A stretch of DNA of 64,000 nt, from the NCBI GenBank assembly GCA_028023455.1, contig JAQFVV010000007.1, positions 13,826,001-13,890,000 on the forward strand, written 5' to 3'. The notes under the pieces are model-generated. The model did not search any database. It worked only from the letters and a program-made list of their open reading frames with translations, and was not told the origin of the DNA. This DNA is from Epiperipatus broadwayi (lineage: Eukaryota > Animalia > Onychophora). A program made the translations under genes and the position numbers. This document shows, one piece after another, positions 1-15,409 of the stretch (position 1 is the first letter of the stretch; each line of letters begins with the position of its first letter).

Positions 1-1537
1 AAACCTTTTTTTTCCAAACTTTAAAATTCATGTATCTTTTTGCTAATATTTTAATTTTAAAAAAAAATGGAAAAAATGGGAATTTCAAAGCATGGTAAAT
101 ATATAAGATTATATTTTTCAAAGTAACTTTATCATGGAAATTACTATCTGTGAGATTCTAGAAAATGTTATTAAATAATCTGTTAGAGCATTTAGCAATA
201 TCATAAAAATTACTGAAAAGTTTAAACTTTTAAACTGTAAGTTGATAAATTTATTAGATATTAACAATTATTCATTGAGATTTTAAAACAGACATCAAAC
301 AAAGAAGATTTCATTTATTTTGCAAATTAAATCTGTTCCATCTGAAATCTGATAAAAAAACAGTACTTTGTTTTCATTAAAATCTAATTTTTAAATAATT
401 GCAAAAATCAAATATGATTTTTAAAAATTAATTTCATTTCTAAACAAAATTATCTATCAAATGAGGTCAAATTTATTATATTTTGATAAATAATAATGGT
501 TTAATATTAAAATGAGTTGAAAGCTTAATACAAGTGAGAAGAAATCCATCAGAATATAAAAGAGTTAATATAAAAAATATACCAAGCCAAACATAGTGTT
601 TAAGATAAATTTTATTAAAATCTTATGTGCAAATAAGAAAATGAATTTTAGACATATCAAAAATCAAATCTCCAATTTAAAAAAAACATAAGAACAAAAA
701 CATCAACAAAGTAATTGATGAAAACCATATGCTGCCAGATATCATAGAAATTTCAAACAGAATAATTCTAAAAACTCAAATATATTCAAGAAAAGTCTAT
801 AAGTAAGTATTTCACATTTATTAAAAAGCAAATATTTAATATTTTTTTAAATGAAAATATTTTAACAATAAGATAATATGCACACCTTTCTCTCAACATT
901 CATTAAAAAATAACCTATATTGACAAGTATATAAATGCATTTCTTCTAAAGAAAATTTGAATTAATAGTTACAACTAAAATCTTAACAAATAAATGTTTT
1001 TCAGTCACAAATCCAATAGAATACTCAATTTTTACACTTTTTATTGTTATTTTAATATATTTTGACAATAAAACATCACATTGCAAGCAGATTTTAAGAT
1101 AAATATATAATAAAATTCAATATTTGTAATACTTGTGTGTTATATTTATGTTCTTAACAATCTTAAAAATAATTTTACAATAACAAATGTTAATATCGAA
1201 AATTATTCTTCAAGATTTTATATACTTTAAAAAATAATAAGACTTTCTAAAAAACATCTTAACATTTATTATATGCAAACTCTATACTTCAAATGAAAAT
1301 ACATTTTTGACTATTGTTATAATGCTGTTTATTTAATATTGGTATAAAAAAATGATGCAATTATTTCATTAAAGCCTTTACATTTATCAGTGATTTGTAA
1401 ATTTTGACAACAATCAGCCCAATTTCAGTTCACTATCTTTTTTAGCCCTGTTATAATTTATATTCTCCTCTCATGGCCATTTTAGTTAAATTTCCACCAT
1501 TTTATTCTAACAAATTAAAACTTAATTTTTTAACATA

Positions 1538-2286
1538 CACAGGGTGACCCAAAATAACTGGAATTTTGTAATAAAAAATTGAATATTTATTTTTAGTATT
1601 AAAAATTGAATTGCTTTAAAAGCAGTCTATTAAATGCAATGCAGTGATCTAAATGAACTTGTCACTTTTCAAAGTAGTCCAAAACACTTGCAAAATGATG
1701 CTGAAATAATTTAAAAATATTTTATGTTCAAGTCTTTAAGAGATATACTCTGGTGGCACAAAGCTTGCTCTCCTTTCTTTGTCACAAAACAGGATTTTTA
1801 TCATTTACTGCATCACATAAATTTTTCAAAACTTTCAAATAAAATGCCTGACCATTACAAGCTAAAGTTGAGAGAAAAATGTCATTGCATAAAAAAAAAC
1901 ACAGCTTTGTTTTGATTTTGGACTCCACTTGCAATGCTTTTTAAGAATGTGGTAAATTTTAACATTTCAATTAAGCCATTCAAAAACTTGTGTTTTTATG
2001 TGATCAACTTGCTTATAATTTTTTTCAAACATTACAACTTGTTTTTCTTGTTGTTTTCTGTAAATGAAAACAGAATTTCACATTGTGATCATTTCATCCA
2101 TAATAAAAATTGACAATTATGCAAAGTGCACTTTGCAAAAAAATGTGCTATGTGATCCCACAATTTCACATGGTGATGTCAATTGACAGATTGATGTAGA
2201 AGAGTTTCTAAAAGATGTAAGTATGTACTACAATAGGTACTCAAACAAGAGAATAATTCTAGTTATTTTTGCCTTCTCCTCTTGTA
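1538..2286 (-). mobile_element. Decayed, internally deleted Tc1/mariner-type DNA transposon
   Basis: The left end CACAGGGTGACCCAAAATAACTGG resembles mariner TIRs. A degenerate inverted copy (CTAGTTATTTTTGCC..CTTGTA) lies at about 2259-2286. The minus strand gives broken transposase-like C-terminal text (SVLDYFEK*QVHLDHCIAFN). Confidence 0.5.
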
Positions 2287-3399
2287 TGACCACAAATTTC
2301 AAATTATTTTTTTAAAATTACAAGTTTATAAATTAAAATCACTTTCAAAATTAACATTTCAAATTAGCAATTATAGAAAAACTGCAATAAACTGAAATAT
2401 GTTATCAGAACAATTGTTAATAAAAATGTTTTACAATATAAAATTTATTTTACCTTGATTTCTCAAACCCAAACAAATTCTTGTTAAGACATCATAAAGT
2501 AACAAAATTCAGTTTTAAAATTTAAAATTTCACTTAAATTTATTTTAAAATGGCAAAAAATCACTGCTACTCTGCTTATGGAGGCTTTTTTCTAGTCAAT
2601 CCCAACTTCCAACTCTATAAAATTTATATAATTCTTCTGGCATCATTTTCTAAAAGAAAATATTTTTGAATAAAATCTGAATCTATGAGTTATATTCTGA
2701 TTAAAAAATAAATATTTCACAAATATTTTGCAAAAATATTTATATATAAATTATTGAGAATATTTATTTATAGTTTTACAATCTAACTAATGTATTTTCT
2801 CAAAAATGTTAATAAGTGCTTTGATGCCTGAGAACAAAAAACTATCAATCAGTAGCATAGGATCACTAAATAATACTGGCACCTTCAGATATCTTTTTAT
2901 TAATAAATAATTTTAGCTCTAGTTTTTGTCATCAAATGAATACAAAAGTAGCAAACAAAAGCAATAGATGGTAATAATAGAATAGAATTAAGCAGAAATT
3001 AGGCATAACACTGCCATTCAAGTTAATGCAAGCTTATGGATAGTTTTAGGAATGAATTAATATAATTTATACTATAATGTAACAGAAATAAATAAAGATT
3101 TAGTAACATCTGAAACTGATGCACATGAATAGATACAGAAGTACTTACAATAAATTAAATCTTAAAATGATTATTGTTATCATTGCATGATAAACATTAC
3201 TCTTAAAAATAATATTTGCATTTCTTCATTTAGTCCAAAGAATGAAAGGAGCTGATTAAAGTTTTCTAAGGCTAAGAGAAGTTTGGTGTCATTAGTTTAT
3301 TGTAGTTTTATTCTTAAATAACACTAATGATTTTTTTTAAAAAAACACATTAAATAAATTAATAATAATAATGTTCACAATACTATTCATATTAGTATA

Positions 3400-4257
3400 T
3401 TTCTTTTATTAATCTATGAGAGTTTCAGCTTTTGTTTTAACATCCTATGTATTATAATAGTTTCATTTTATTCATAACTCCATTTAAATATTTTATTTAA
3501 AATTTTCCTTATGAAGACCTTCACTCTATTATTCACTCTAACAATAATATCATTTCAAAAGTCTGGCCATACCAATCCATGCTGGTATTTTTTTCAAGTA
3601 ACCATTCTGTAATGCCTTTATTTTTTAAATCAAACTTAAAATCTGCATATATTTCATCATAATCATCCATGGTATCTTTATCATGTAGTACCAACACCAC
3701 AGGGATTTTAATTTGTTTTTAAATATAATTAACACCCACATCTCTAACCCATATGACCACATGTTATGATAAGATATTAACAGTTTTTGTTCCATGTTAA
3801 AAACTCTTGGTTTCTGCAATTGTAATATTTATATTTTTCTTATTTCTTTCATCTGATGTTAAGTTTTTTAAGTATTTAAAGCTGTAAATTGTTTTTACAA
3901 CCATATTATGACTATCTGCTTTCTCTCTCTAGAACATTTTACTATCTTTGTCTTTTCCCTATAAATGTATATACTGTGACTTTTCTTCAAAATATCTGCA
4001 GTAATAAAAAACATGATGAAATGGTACTGATGCTCTGGAGGTTGCATTGCAGCTGAAGAATAAAAGTGACAGGTTGATTTCATTACAAATATCTTTAGGT
4101 CTCCAATCCATTTTTACCACTATGTTAACCTTCATAGGCTGTGCATAGTAGTAGTGCCAGTAGTAGTAGTAATATGAACAATAATAATAATCCTGCAGCA
4201 AACATAATGTATTCTTCATGACAATTCAAAACTCTAAATTTAAATTTTTAAATTACC
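3400..4257 (-). pseudogene. Stop- and frameshift-interrupted coding remnant, possibly transmembrane segment plus TIR/SEFIR-like domain
   Basis: One frame from 4219 to about 3530 has only 5 TAA/TAG in about 230 codons. A hydrophobic run (FAAGLLLLFILLLLLALLLC) occurs in another frame at about 4140-4200. Adding one A to the 7-base run at 3588-3594 gives PVVLVLHDKD..DLKNKGITEWLLEKKYQHGLVWPDF*NDII..VKVFI..KWSYE, which has TIR-like spacing. Alignment by eye only. Confidence 0.3.
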
Positions 4258-4399
4258 TGCAATTTCAACATAAATGATAATTTTGACATTATTTTATAAA
4301 ATTATAACAAATTTAGTTATATTAAAAAAGTTTGTGAATAGTTGTGTGTGCATCAATAAAAAAAATTAAAACTAATACACTTAATTCATAGCATCAGCA

Positions 4400-7300
4400 A
4401 AGGATAATATAAATTGTGGTCATGCTGTCAGCTTTTCATGTAGCTGCCACATTAACAAATAATATTGATTTAGTCATTAAAAAAACTTATAATGGTTTGA
4501 TAAAAAAACTTGGTACCTCCATGCTAATCTTAAACATGGTTTGTATTCTTCCATTCCAAGATTTAGAAAAATATATGACCAGCTATATTGAAAAGTTAGA
4601 TTTATGAAGTCAAATTACTGAAGAAAGACATCCCCTCCCTGTTTTGCAATGTGGACTGCCTATATGCTATATAGCATTTCCAAGGAGTTTGACAACATCA
4701 CTCCTAATGGGAAGTTTAACACATTCCATCATTTTTTCACAGTCCATTCAATAATTTTAACCATTACAGACATCCATTTTTCTTTGTATAAATTCTCAAA
4801 AGCATTACTTTATAAAGCCTCACTTTGCACAAACTATGAAACATAGTTCTCTACTTAGCCAACCATCTCAATCAAAAATAACTGATAACAGAATTCCATA
4901 ATCATAGCCAGAGAAATTCATCGAAGATCAAAACATTAAACCATTTTGCTCTAATTACTGTCAATAAAAACTAACAGAGTTGCTTGACCAGAATATTAAA
5001 CAATAGTTACCTTGGCTACTTTATACATGAATTTAAAAAATGAATGTAGCCTTTTGGAAAGGCTGCCTCATAGTAAAACAGTTTATCTAAAGGACACCAC
5101 AGTTCCAATATATGGCAGTAGCTATGAGTTTAAAGTCAAGCTAAACAAAAACCTTAATGAAATCACTATATCCACTTTTATTACAAACCAAAAGGTGACA
5201 CTTTGTCTATACATAAGAGGAATAAAGCCACAATGTTAGTTTTGTCACTAGTGTCATCATATAGCAGCAGTCAGCTCCATAACAATTTGATGCTTACAAC
5301 ATGATCAGATGGGTAACCATATACTTAGAAGCATTGGTGATTAAAACCAAGACAGCATCAACAAAATACCTAATACATACAAACCCACCTCTCAAATAAA
5401 GATGCTGCCTCAATAGACATCTCTGTTAGCCAGAACAATCAAACTTTTATTAGACCCATTAACACCAGCAACCAAACCACTTGAACAGCTCATCATGATG
5501 ATAACAAAATCTTCACCTGATCAACCAAGCTGCATAACCAGTTAATCTCAACTCACACAACTGAGGTACCATGGTTAATAATTCACAATGTCATTACTAC
5601 TCTCAATAATAACCATTTTGACTTATAATACATAAGACTGCCATAAATATTATTAATACACTGACAGCACCCCATTACCACCAGTTACAATCTGAGTCAC
5701 AGATTATATCTCTAAAAAAAACTTTTGCAACCACAAAAATTTGGTCCTGAAATTAGCCTAACCCAACCTATAACTCTGTATCACTCACTTACTAGACACT
5801 CATCAAAAACAGCAAGCTCTAATTGAGTTCAGTAATCTTTATTATTCCCTTATAATTTCAAACTCAATCAATGAATCAAAAACATACCCTGAAGGACTAC
5901 ATATTTACAATAGTATACCAATGGATATTCAACTTTTCCTGCTTAACAAAAATAATGCTGACAAAACACTCAACATTTTGATGCCATAGACAGCAGCCCA
6001 GAAAATTTTGATTCATAACTGGATATTTAATTTTATACAATCCATTGCCCAGCCTTTAGAAACACAGCAACAAATGAAAGTCTCAATCCCATCCTTATAA
6101 AACTAAAAATAGGAGCTTTCAATTTTTTTGGCTAAAACTTAAATAAAAAAAACCTTCCAGATAAATAAATAAATGGATTCAATTTACAACTGCACAATGG
6201 TTCTACTGGAAACAAAAATATATAGTAGTTACCAGACCAACATTACATCATATTTATGGACCCAAGATTTTTGCATCTGTTTTTGTAATTTATCATCTTT
6301 TTTAGGTGGCACTACTCTGATCATCACAGAAACTTGCCCATTTTTATCTTTCAAAATCATATATATTGTCTCCAGTCTACTTATAGCCACTTTTTACCAT
6401 TGCATAATTATGCACAACATAATTTTTGTTTATATTTCTTATGGACCATTCCTTACCTCAAGACTACTGTTTAACATCAAATCATTACTTTTATCAACTC
6501 CTTACCTTGTAGTTCTACTGGGAGATTTTAACATGAGTTATCACACCTTGGTTTTGAAGTGGCTACATAAACTTGCATTATCTCTAATGAGTGCTAAAGG
6601 TTTCTTATCACCTAACTGCATCTTGTTCTGCTATTGTCATTACATCTCACTCATTGACCTATGCTTTTATCATCCATGCTTCATCACAATCAAATAGCAC
6701 TTAATCTCTCATCTTTTTCTGATCACTTTAGACAAATGCTTGAACTCAATTTAAGTTCAATGCAAAAATTCAACAATTCACCTTTAAAAAAACAATAATA
6801 ACTCATCCTGTACAAACTTCTAAATTTTTAAACTATGAAACATTCGGCATGCATTTAAGTTTAGCACTTTGGCCCTGTTAAACAATTGATTTTCTTTATC
6901 AACATTCTGCCATTCAACATTAATCACATTAACAGAACATTCCCACTTTTTCCAGATTCCTAGCATTGACCAATGAGTTGCACAAAAGTATTATCATGTG
7001 GAAATCTATTCCAGACAGCTACACACACATAAATACTCACACAATCATATAATTACACCTGCAACACTTTACAACAGTATTTTTCCACAAAGAAAAATAA
7101 TTGTCTATCAAAACAATACACTTATACATGAAGGTACATTGAATGGGCTTTGAAATAACCTTTAACTGTTAGAATTTCATAAGCACATGAAACTCACCAA
7201 AGCAAGATACAACACAATAAAAACAACATACTAATATTCCAGATAAAATTTGAAATCACATTGTGCCTTCACATTACCTGCACATCTCTTTGGCCAATGA

Positions 7301-9605
7301 AAGTTAAATAATTTCCCACTGAACTAGCCACAATACCCAACTCTTACCAACCAGGGCCACATGGAATCCCTAAATTTGTATTCTCTCATCTCAGTCATTT
7401 TTCGATGACATACCTATGTGATTTAACAAACTGTCTATCACAAAGGTTGTTTAATATAAAAGGATTATATACAATTTCTTTAGTTCTCTTCAACAAAAAA
7501 CAAGCTTCAATATCCAATGTATCTAATCTGTAACCAATCTCTTAGAGCCTTATTGTATTAAAATCCCAGAGAATGTTCTAAAAGATAAAATTGAATGGTA
7601 TCTCCTATTTCTATTATCACCTATGCAACATGTCATAAAAGGCTCTTCAACAGGCCAAGCTGCCCTCATTTTTAAAACAATTTTAAATTCAATTTGAGAA
7701 CAAAAAGTATGTTCTAATAGGTATTTAAATTGAAATCAAAGCTGCTTTTGACTTAGTTCCTGTTAAGAATTTAATTAAACTGCTTACCTAACACCACAAT
7801 ATAAAATTCCCTTTTATATCTACTAACAAATCTAGTTCTTAATCAAGAGATTCAAATATCACAACCGTAACCATCACCTTCATTTACCCCCAACCAATCT
7901 ACATCTCAAGGATTTACACTTGGTTCTCTTTTATTTATAACTTATATTAAAAAATAAAATCCAACAGAAATTACAAGGATTTCACAACCCCATACCAATA
8001 GGTATACCATGTATTGCATACATGGAAAACATTAACATTTTTTTTATCTCCAAAAAGCAACTACTTTCTCTGGAAAAAAATATTTAATGACTATACCAAC
8101 TATTATAAATGCAAGGTAATGTTAAAAACACCTCAGCATAGTTCCTATACACTGGCAAGACATATTCACAGATTAATCATTTTAAACAAAGTAATTTCCT
8201 CAGATTTCCTTTCTACCTATGGCTTACTGGAATAAATGAAAAAATCCCCCAAAAAACTCAAAGTTGGTCTTTTCTCCAAAACCTACCTCTCCCTCTATGC
8301 AAATGTATGCCTTGTTAATTAGCTTGTACCCATAAAGATAATTTATTACCAGTCATAAACTCATGATATCTTTTACATCCTCCATTTTCTTATTTTGCAG
8401 CAAGTGATCATGTAGTTAAAAGTAGTCTCCATAATCATTAAACACATTAGTCACCAACCACCCAGAAATGTGTTAGACCTTCATCCAAATTTTTTATCCA
8501 CAAAAAAATTATTAATCATTGATAAGAAGTTTTCCAGGTCTTGGGTGCATCCTTCAAATAGCAACTCACAATCCAACTACCCCCTTCAGATGGATATTTA
8601 CTTTTAGTTAAGAATCACCTTCAAAGCATTCATGATGAGGTATCTTTTTGCACACTGGAAGATATACCTATTGAAGCCATTAAAATATGTTGTACCTGGA
8701 CCTATATTACTACACACTCACTAATGTTGAATAAAAATCATATTAGTTGGTTCAGCAATTCACAAAATAGTCATTGGAACCTTAATTATAACTTTAAATT
8801 AAGGCTAAATTTTATCCCCTTCTCTTAATTTCTAAGATACTGCAGTGTATGCACTAATATTGATCCTTTTTATTCTTGCAGTCACAAGGAGGAAGAAACA
8901 CAGCAACACCTATTTGCACCTGCTCAGCTCTGGGCCATATCTGAGAGATTACAATTACCACATACAGGCAAAACAACATCACCCATGGTAACATAATTGA
9001 GACCTCAACCAAGGCTCTACTCCTTGCAGCAACTTTTTTATGTACTTGGTGGTATGCCAGATGTACTGTATACCTCAGTATCAACACCAGAAGACACCCA
9101 GCAAGCTTTTCTAATAAACTTGAACAGATGAAGAGCAGAGATGGCAAAATTGCATACCCAGACATTTTTGCTGCTGCATGGTCACTATTAAAATCCTGAG
9201 CCAGACCATAATCTCAAACAACCAAGTGAGGATCTTGCAGTAACAAAAATATTTTTTTCCTTTGCTACATACACCATTTTAAACAATTTTCGAACACTAT
9301 GTATGTGTATTGAATCATCTACAGGACTTAATTAAGTTTAATCAAACTAAATATCTATAGGATATAATAAATTTAGCCAAACAAAGTATTTTTAATAAAT
9401 GAACTAATCCTTCAGACAATAAAATTTGTGCAGAGACAAATACAAAGGTTTCAAATCTACATTTATCAAGTTGCCTGCCTAATCATTTAATTAAGATTAT
9501 ACCTATAATATCTACATCTATTCATTTTATTCTGAAGTTATCTGATTCCCAAACATGTATTTTTACTAAAGTAATTTTCTCTTGGCCAATAAAGTTTGAT
9601 TTGAA
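4400..9605 (+). mobile_element. Near full-length decayed L1/Tx1-like LINE (copy A): ORF1 with Zn knuckle, ORF2 with APE, RT and C-terminal Zn motif
   Basis: ORF1 fragment VYLKDTTVPIYGSSYEFKVKL..GIKPQC*FCH*CHH (5.1-5.3 kb). APE motif VVLLGDFN (about 6.52 kb). RT motifs IEIKAAFDLV (about 7.74 kb) and CIAYME (about 8.02 kb). C-terminal EETQQHLF (about 8.9 kb). The 3' end AATAAAGTTTGATTTGAAA (9588-9606) runs into (AAT)n. Many stops and frameshifts. Confidence 0.85.
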
Positions 9606-9774
<169 letters not shown>

Positions 9775-10246
9775 AATCAATCCTTCCAAAGATTAAACAT
9801 TCCTGCAACCATGTTTACTCTCTGTTTCTTCTGGGGTACCCATTGCATGTTCTTGTTAGACAGCAACACCAGGAGGCAGCCATCCACAATTACACCATAA
9901 AAGCATAAAATAACAAGAACATATCCCCCTCAATGGACATTTTTGCATTGACCTAGTTACTCATTTGACAGCAGTTCACTCTAAGTGGTCACAGTCACAG
10001 TAGATAATACTAACAAAGTTCATGGACATATCACCTGCTTTATAATACCACTAGCTATATGAAAACTATGTTCCAGATACTCATTACAATAGTTCAATAC
10101 CACAAATGGCTATATAATCAGACCAGTCAAGCAAAAAGCATGTGAATGTTAATTCAAAGCTAATGAACATTTCCTTTTTAAAACATCAAATACTATGTTT
10201 TACAAAAAATGTATCATTAAAAACAATTATATACAATTACCAATGC

Positions 10247-10756
<510 letters not shown>

Positions 10757-11048
10757 CACATGATCATCATTTTTTATACTTGCTCAAACTGTACAAATAG
10801 AAGCAAAAACTTTTCATACAGTAGTGTGACTCAGTGGAAGACAGAGTAATCAATGGATGCAAAAAGGTTTGTGCATAACATCCCTATCTAGTGCATACTC
10901 ATCCAGCCACAAACTAAAAACTAGTCTGGAGATATTGGATGAGTAGGCACTAGATAGGGATTTAATGTACAAATCTTTTTGCATCTATTGATTACTCTGG
11001 CTTGCACTGAGTGGCTTTATTGTATGGAGCGTTTTTGCCTCTGTTTTA
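10757..11048. mobile_element. Fold-back (snap-back) copy of the hammerhead-bearing repeat family
   Basis: About 10790-10905 is an inverted copy of about 10936-11048. The 30-nt loop holds GCCACAAACTAAAAACTAGTCTGGAGA, the 3' half of the hammerhead motif. Homologous to 26075-26375, 26531-26828 and 37787-38085. Confidence 0.85.
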
Positions 11049-11210
<162 letters not shown>

Positions 11211-14200
11211 GATTTCTTAAAATCTCCCATTGTTAAAATATTTACATTTATTTTAGATTAAAATTTTCTTTTTCTAGACTTTGATCTTGATGTATACGTG
11301 TACACACATACAAATAATGGATATTAAAATAGGAGTTTTTATTAAATGCAGATCATGGAAATTATCGAAATACAAATCTACAGTGACTCACAAATCAACC
11401 CTGCAGATAAGATAAATTCCATGGGCTATACAGCCTTTTCAAGCACATCTGACACTCCTTCAGTGGGTACAGGCATTATCATTGATAAAGCTTGTCCATT
11501 TAGTTTTTGTTAAAATTCTACATACTGATGCGCACTTACTAATAATTACATTTCTTCATAAAGCCATCACCTTAAACATAGCAACTGTTTACATCTTACC
11601 AGGTCCTACTATTGTAAACAGAATTATTCAAACACTTAATTCCAGGTTCACAAATGCTGTGTATCCAACAATTATTTTAGGAGATTTCAACATGACATAC
11701 CAGACCTTCACCAATAAATGGTTACATCAGCTGTCATTTCCGGTGATGAGTGGAAGAGGCTTTCTACCAGAGAAGGCTGTATCATTTAACAAGGGTAGAC
11801 ATTCATCACTCATAAATCTGTTTTTTTTTGCCATCATTACCCAACATGACAAATATTCAATTTAAGAATTTTCCCCTCTCTGATCATGCAGCTGTTTTAG
11901 TGTCACTGGATATTAATTTTGATATTGGAACAACAATTAATACAGGAAAAATCATCAGAGCTCTCCTACCATCACATACACCAGCATACCTTTTCTCAGA
12001 TGTATACATATATCTTCACAAGTTGAAGGGTATTGCAATGGATCCAATCCAAGCAAGGTGTGCATTTATTAAACTACTTTCATTTAACATTGATCATCTT
12101 ACCAGAACATCAACACCACCAACAAAACTACTAAAGCTTATGTACAATACTTACAAAAAATATTGGTACTTCTCAATCAAATCTTGATCATCCCAGTCTA
12201 ATAGCTTTAAAGAAAACATTATATTAATTGCTAACAAATCAGCTTAGAAAATATATCTCCATTAAAAAGAATAGCATATATCTAAATAAGCCACACAGTC
12301 ACCCCTCCCAAATTCGAGTCCCAGCAGCTATTAAAATTCAAACTGACATTGTCTGATTTTATATTGAAGCAGCACTACACATTCTATAGAGAAAAATTTC
12401 AGTCTCTTCACTAAATCTAACAGCCTTTTCATATGATAGATTAGAAAATGAAATTAAAATTACTTCAAGACTTTATTTAAAAAATAGAAGCAATACCAGA
12501 CTCATGTCATCCCAGCTTAGATGGAATTCTTAAATTTGTATACAAATATATTGATAAAATCACAGCACAATATATGCTTAACCTAGTCTCTTATCTTACT
12601 AAAGACATCTATAAAATACAGGGCTTAAATCAAATTATGTTTTGTGCCATTCATGAAAAAAAAACAGTTAGTCTTAAACACTACAAACCTACATCCAATT
12701 TTAATGTGGTGCCTTGGCATAAAGATAATAGAATCAGTAATAAAAGATCAAATAGAGCCATTCACTATACCAAACCTATCAAAAATGCAATTTTCCAAAA
12801 AAGAATTCTCAACAAAACAGGTGGCTTTTCTATTCAAGTCAACTATAGAAACTGTTAGAGATAATAAAAAATGCAGTCCAATTGTCATTCAACTAGATAT
12901 TGAAGCTGCATTTGACATGATATCCATCAGTACTTTCCTTAACACTCTGCAAAAATATTCAGTTTCCAATGCCTTACTAAACTTGCTCACAGAAACTGGG
13001 AGATTTATGTTTCCCTAAATGGGAAAACCTCAGATCCAATAGTACTGCATCAGTCTATTCCTCAAGGCTAACCGCTCAGCACCTTATTGTTTACTGCCTA
13101 CATCAACTCTCAAAAAATGAGTTCTCAGGAATCTTTGTGCCTACCATTAATGACAATATTTTATGCATCACATATATGAATGATATAGCAGTAATGATAT
13201 AACAGTATTTCTATTCCAAAAGCAAATTTCCAAACTTCTAAAGATACTTATCAAATTTACAAAAGAATATAAACTAACATTTATTATGGAGAAATTGTGT
13301 GCATACAAGATATTCACCGGTAATAGCATTACTAAAGATTTCAAAGGTAGACAAAACCCATTTCTTGGGATTAACTTTTATTTATGCCATTTATCTATGA
13401 CATCGCTCATACAAAAAAATTTAATAGAGAAAGTGGAAAAGATTGTCAATTTACTCTCTAAAGCCTACCTCTCTCTCTCTCTATACAAAAAATGGCCTGT
13501 TTAACATGCTAGTGATTACAAAAATCACTATTTTACTCCAACAATCATTTATACTAAGGCATTCACTAATAAAATAGACTCCTTATGCAGGAAACTATTC
13601 TGGGAAAAAAGATAATCTCAATATCACTGAAACATCTGAAAAAAGCCCTTTCACTAAATGGCCTTGGCCTCTATTCAATACACACCTCCAGGATGCAAAA
13701 ACATTGAATATGATATTCACATGTGCACAAAAATTTCCATATTTAAAAATTTCTGCCAAGATTATCACCATGGACAGATCACCCTCTCTCCAGGGATATC
13801 TAAACACATTACTTACACCATTACTATCAATACACAAACTCAACTTCAAACCACCACAATCCAAATATAAATATTGGGAAGTTCATCAACTTCTACATCC
13901 AAGTCAAGATGATGTAAAAACTCCACTTCATATCATTAATAAACAATTATGTCACAAATTTGAACTGTAGTCACCTGAACCAAAATACAAACTTCTCCTA
14001 AAGATAAATCTTGACTCGCTATCCATGCAACATTTTTTGAAATACCAAAGAAACTACAAAGATATAGATGATATGTGTAATCTTTGCCATAAGGACTCAG
14101 AGACACAAAATCACCTTTTTTTTTCATGCCCAGGTCTAGAAAACATTTGTGAAATAATTAGTACTTTACTCAAGGATAAAAAAATCAACATGAAAAGCCT

Positions 14201-14734
14201 ACTTGACTCATTTAAAAGAAGTATCTTTGCTGAAATAAGAATCAGCACATTTATACTCTATGCCTTATGGGGTTCAAGATGTAATTTTGTATATAATTAT
14301 AACCCCAGAAGGCACCCAAACACATTCAAAAATAAACTGCAAATCATACATAAAAAAGACATGAAGATCACCAATCATACTAAGTACATTAAGACTTGGA
14401 ATATGCTATAACTTATATAAAAGTACTGACAGTGATACCATACCTTACATGGACTCTTGTGTCAATTTTGAAGTCAACTGATGCAAATTGGACACATTTT
14501 TGCTTTAGTTTAGTTTGAGTATATCTAATTGTATGCCTCTTATTATTGAGTGATCATCTTTGTCATTGTTGATTTTTTTTCTTAAATATTTCTTGTCTCC
14601 TAATGTATATAATGTATTGAGGAAATCATTTTACATATGTACTTTTAAGAACCAATTTATATGTAAGAACTATGTTGTTAAATGTAACTTGTGTAACCTT
14701 TTTGAATACAAATAAAGTTTATCCTTTGAAACAA
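11211..14734 (+). mobile_element. Decayed L1/Tx1-like LINE, ORF2 plus 3' UTR (copy C)
   Basis: APE motif TIILGDFN and SDHAAVLV. RT motifs VIQLDIEAAFDMI and HQSIPQG. Zn motif CNLCHKDSETQNHLFFSC and LYALWGSRCNF. The 3' end AATAAAGTTTATCCTTTGAAAC (from 14711) runs into (CAT)n. Confidence 0.9.
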
Positions 14735-14806
<72 letters not shown>

Positions 14807-14837
14807 AATAATAATAATAATCATCATCATCATCATC
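14735..14837 (+). repeat. Compound (CAT)n(AAT)n(CAT)n microsatellite at the 3' end of L1 copy C
   Basis: Read directly. Confidence 0.97.
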
Positions 14838-14979
14838 AAAAAAATGTACTTGCATAAAAAATTATCTTATCTTTACAATATTTCCGATGGTATTTAACTC
14901 AATTTTCATTTTAAAAATATATAAAACAAACAGTTTGAAAATGTGTGTCATTTTTTGACTGAAAATTAGAAAAGTCAGC

Positions 14980-15190
14980 GCATAGTGCTGGAATGGACAG
15001 GGGAGCCTCTGATGGTTTTGCCGTGTCAAAAGCATGGCCAATACATGCTCTACTCTGAAAAACCTATATTATGTTCAATTATAAAATACAGTGTGTAGCA
15101 TTGGAATTGGCAGGGAGGGGGCCTCCAATGGATTTGACAGGCTGAAGGTGCAGCCAATACATGCTCTAGTCTCAAAAAACCTGTATTATG
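14980..15190 (+). repeat. Two diverged ~116-bp tandem units of an unclassified repeat, with a third partial copy inverted at about 24901-24960
   Basis: GCCAATACATGCTCTA occurs at 15037 and 15153. GCATAGTGCTGGAATGG at 14980 has its reverse complement at about 24940-24956. Confidence 0.75.
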
Positions 15191-15409
15191 ATGTACAAAA
15201 CCAATGTCAACACCAGACATTATATTACTCCCATAGCTATATTTTTTATAATTTCAGATGAATTTACAAAAAAAAAATTCTGTATAAAATAATTCATAAA
15301 TTAAAAATAAAATTAATTAATTGTACTTTTTATAATTGCAGAAGAATTTACAAAATAATATACATCAAAATAACATTATTTATTAGAAACAAAAATGAAA
15401 ATTACTTAC

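Noticed and set aside
4236-4258. Apparent 23-nt GT..AG micro-intron on the minus strand
   Set aside because: It is a single instance in low-complexity AT sequence, and other candidate introns in the window are hundreds to thousands of bases long.
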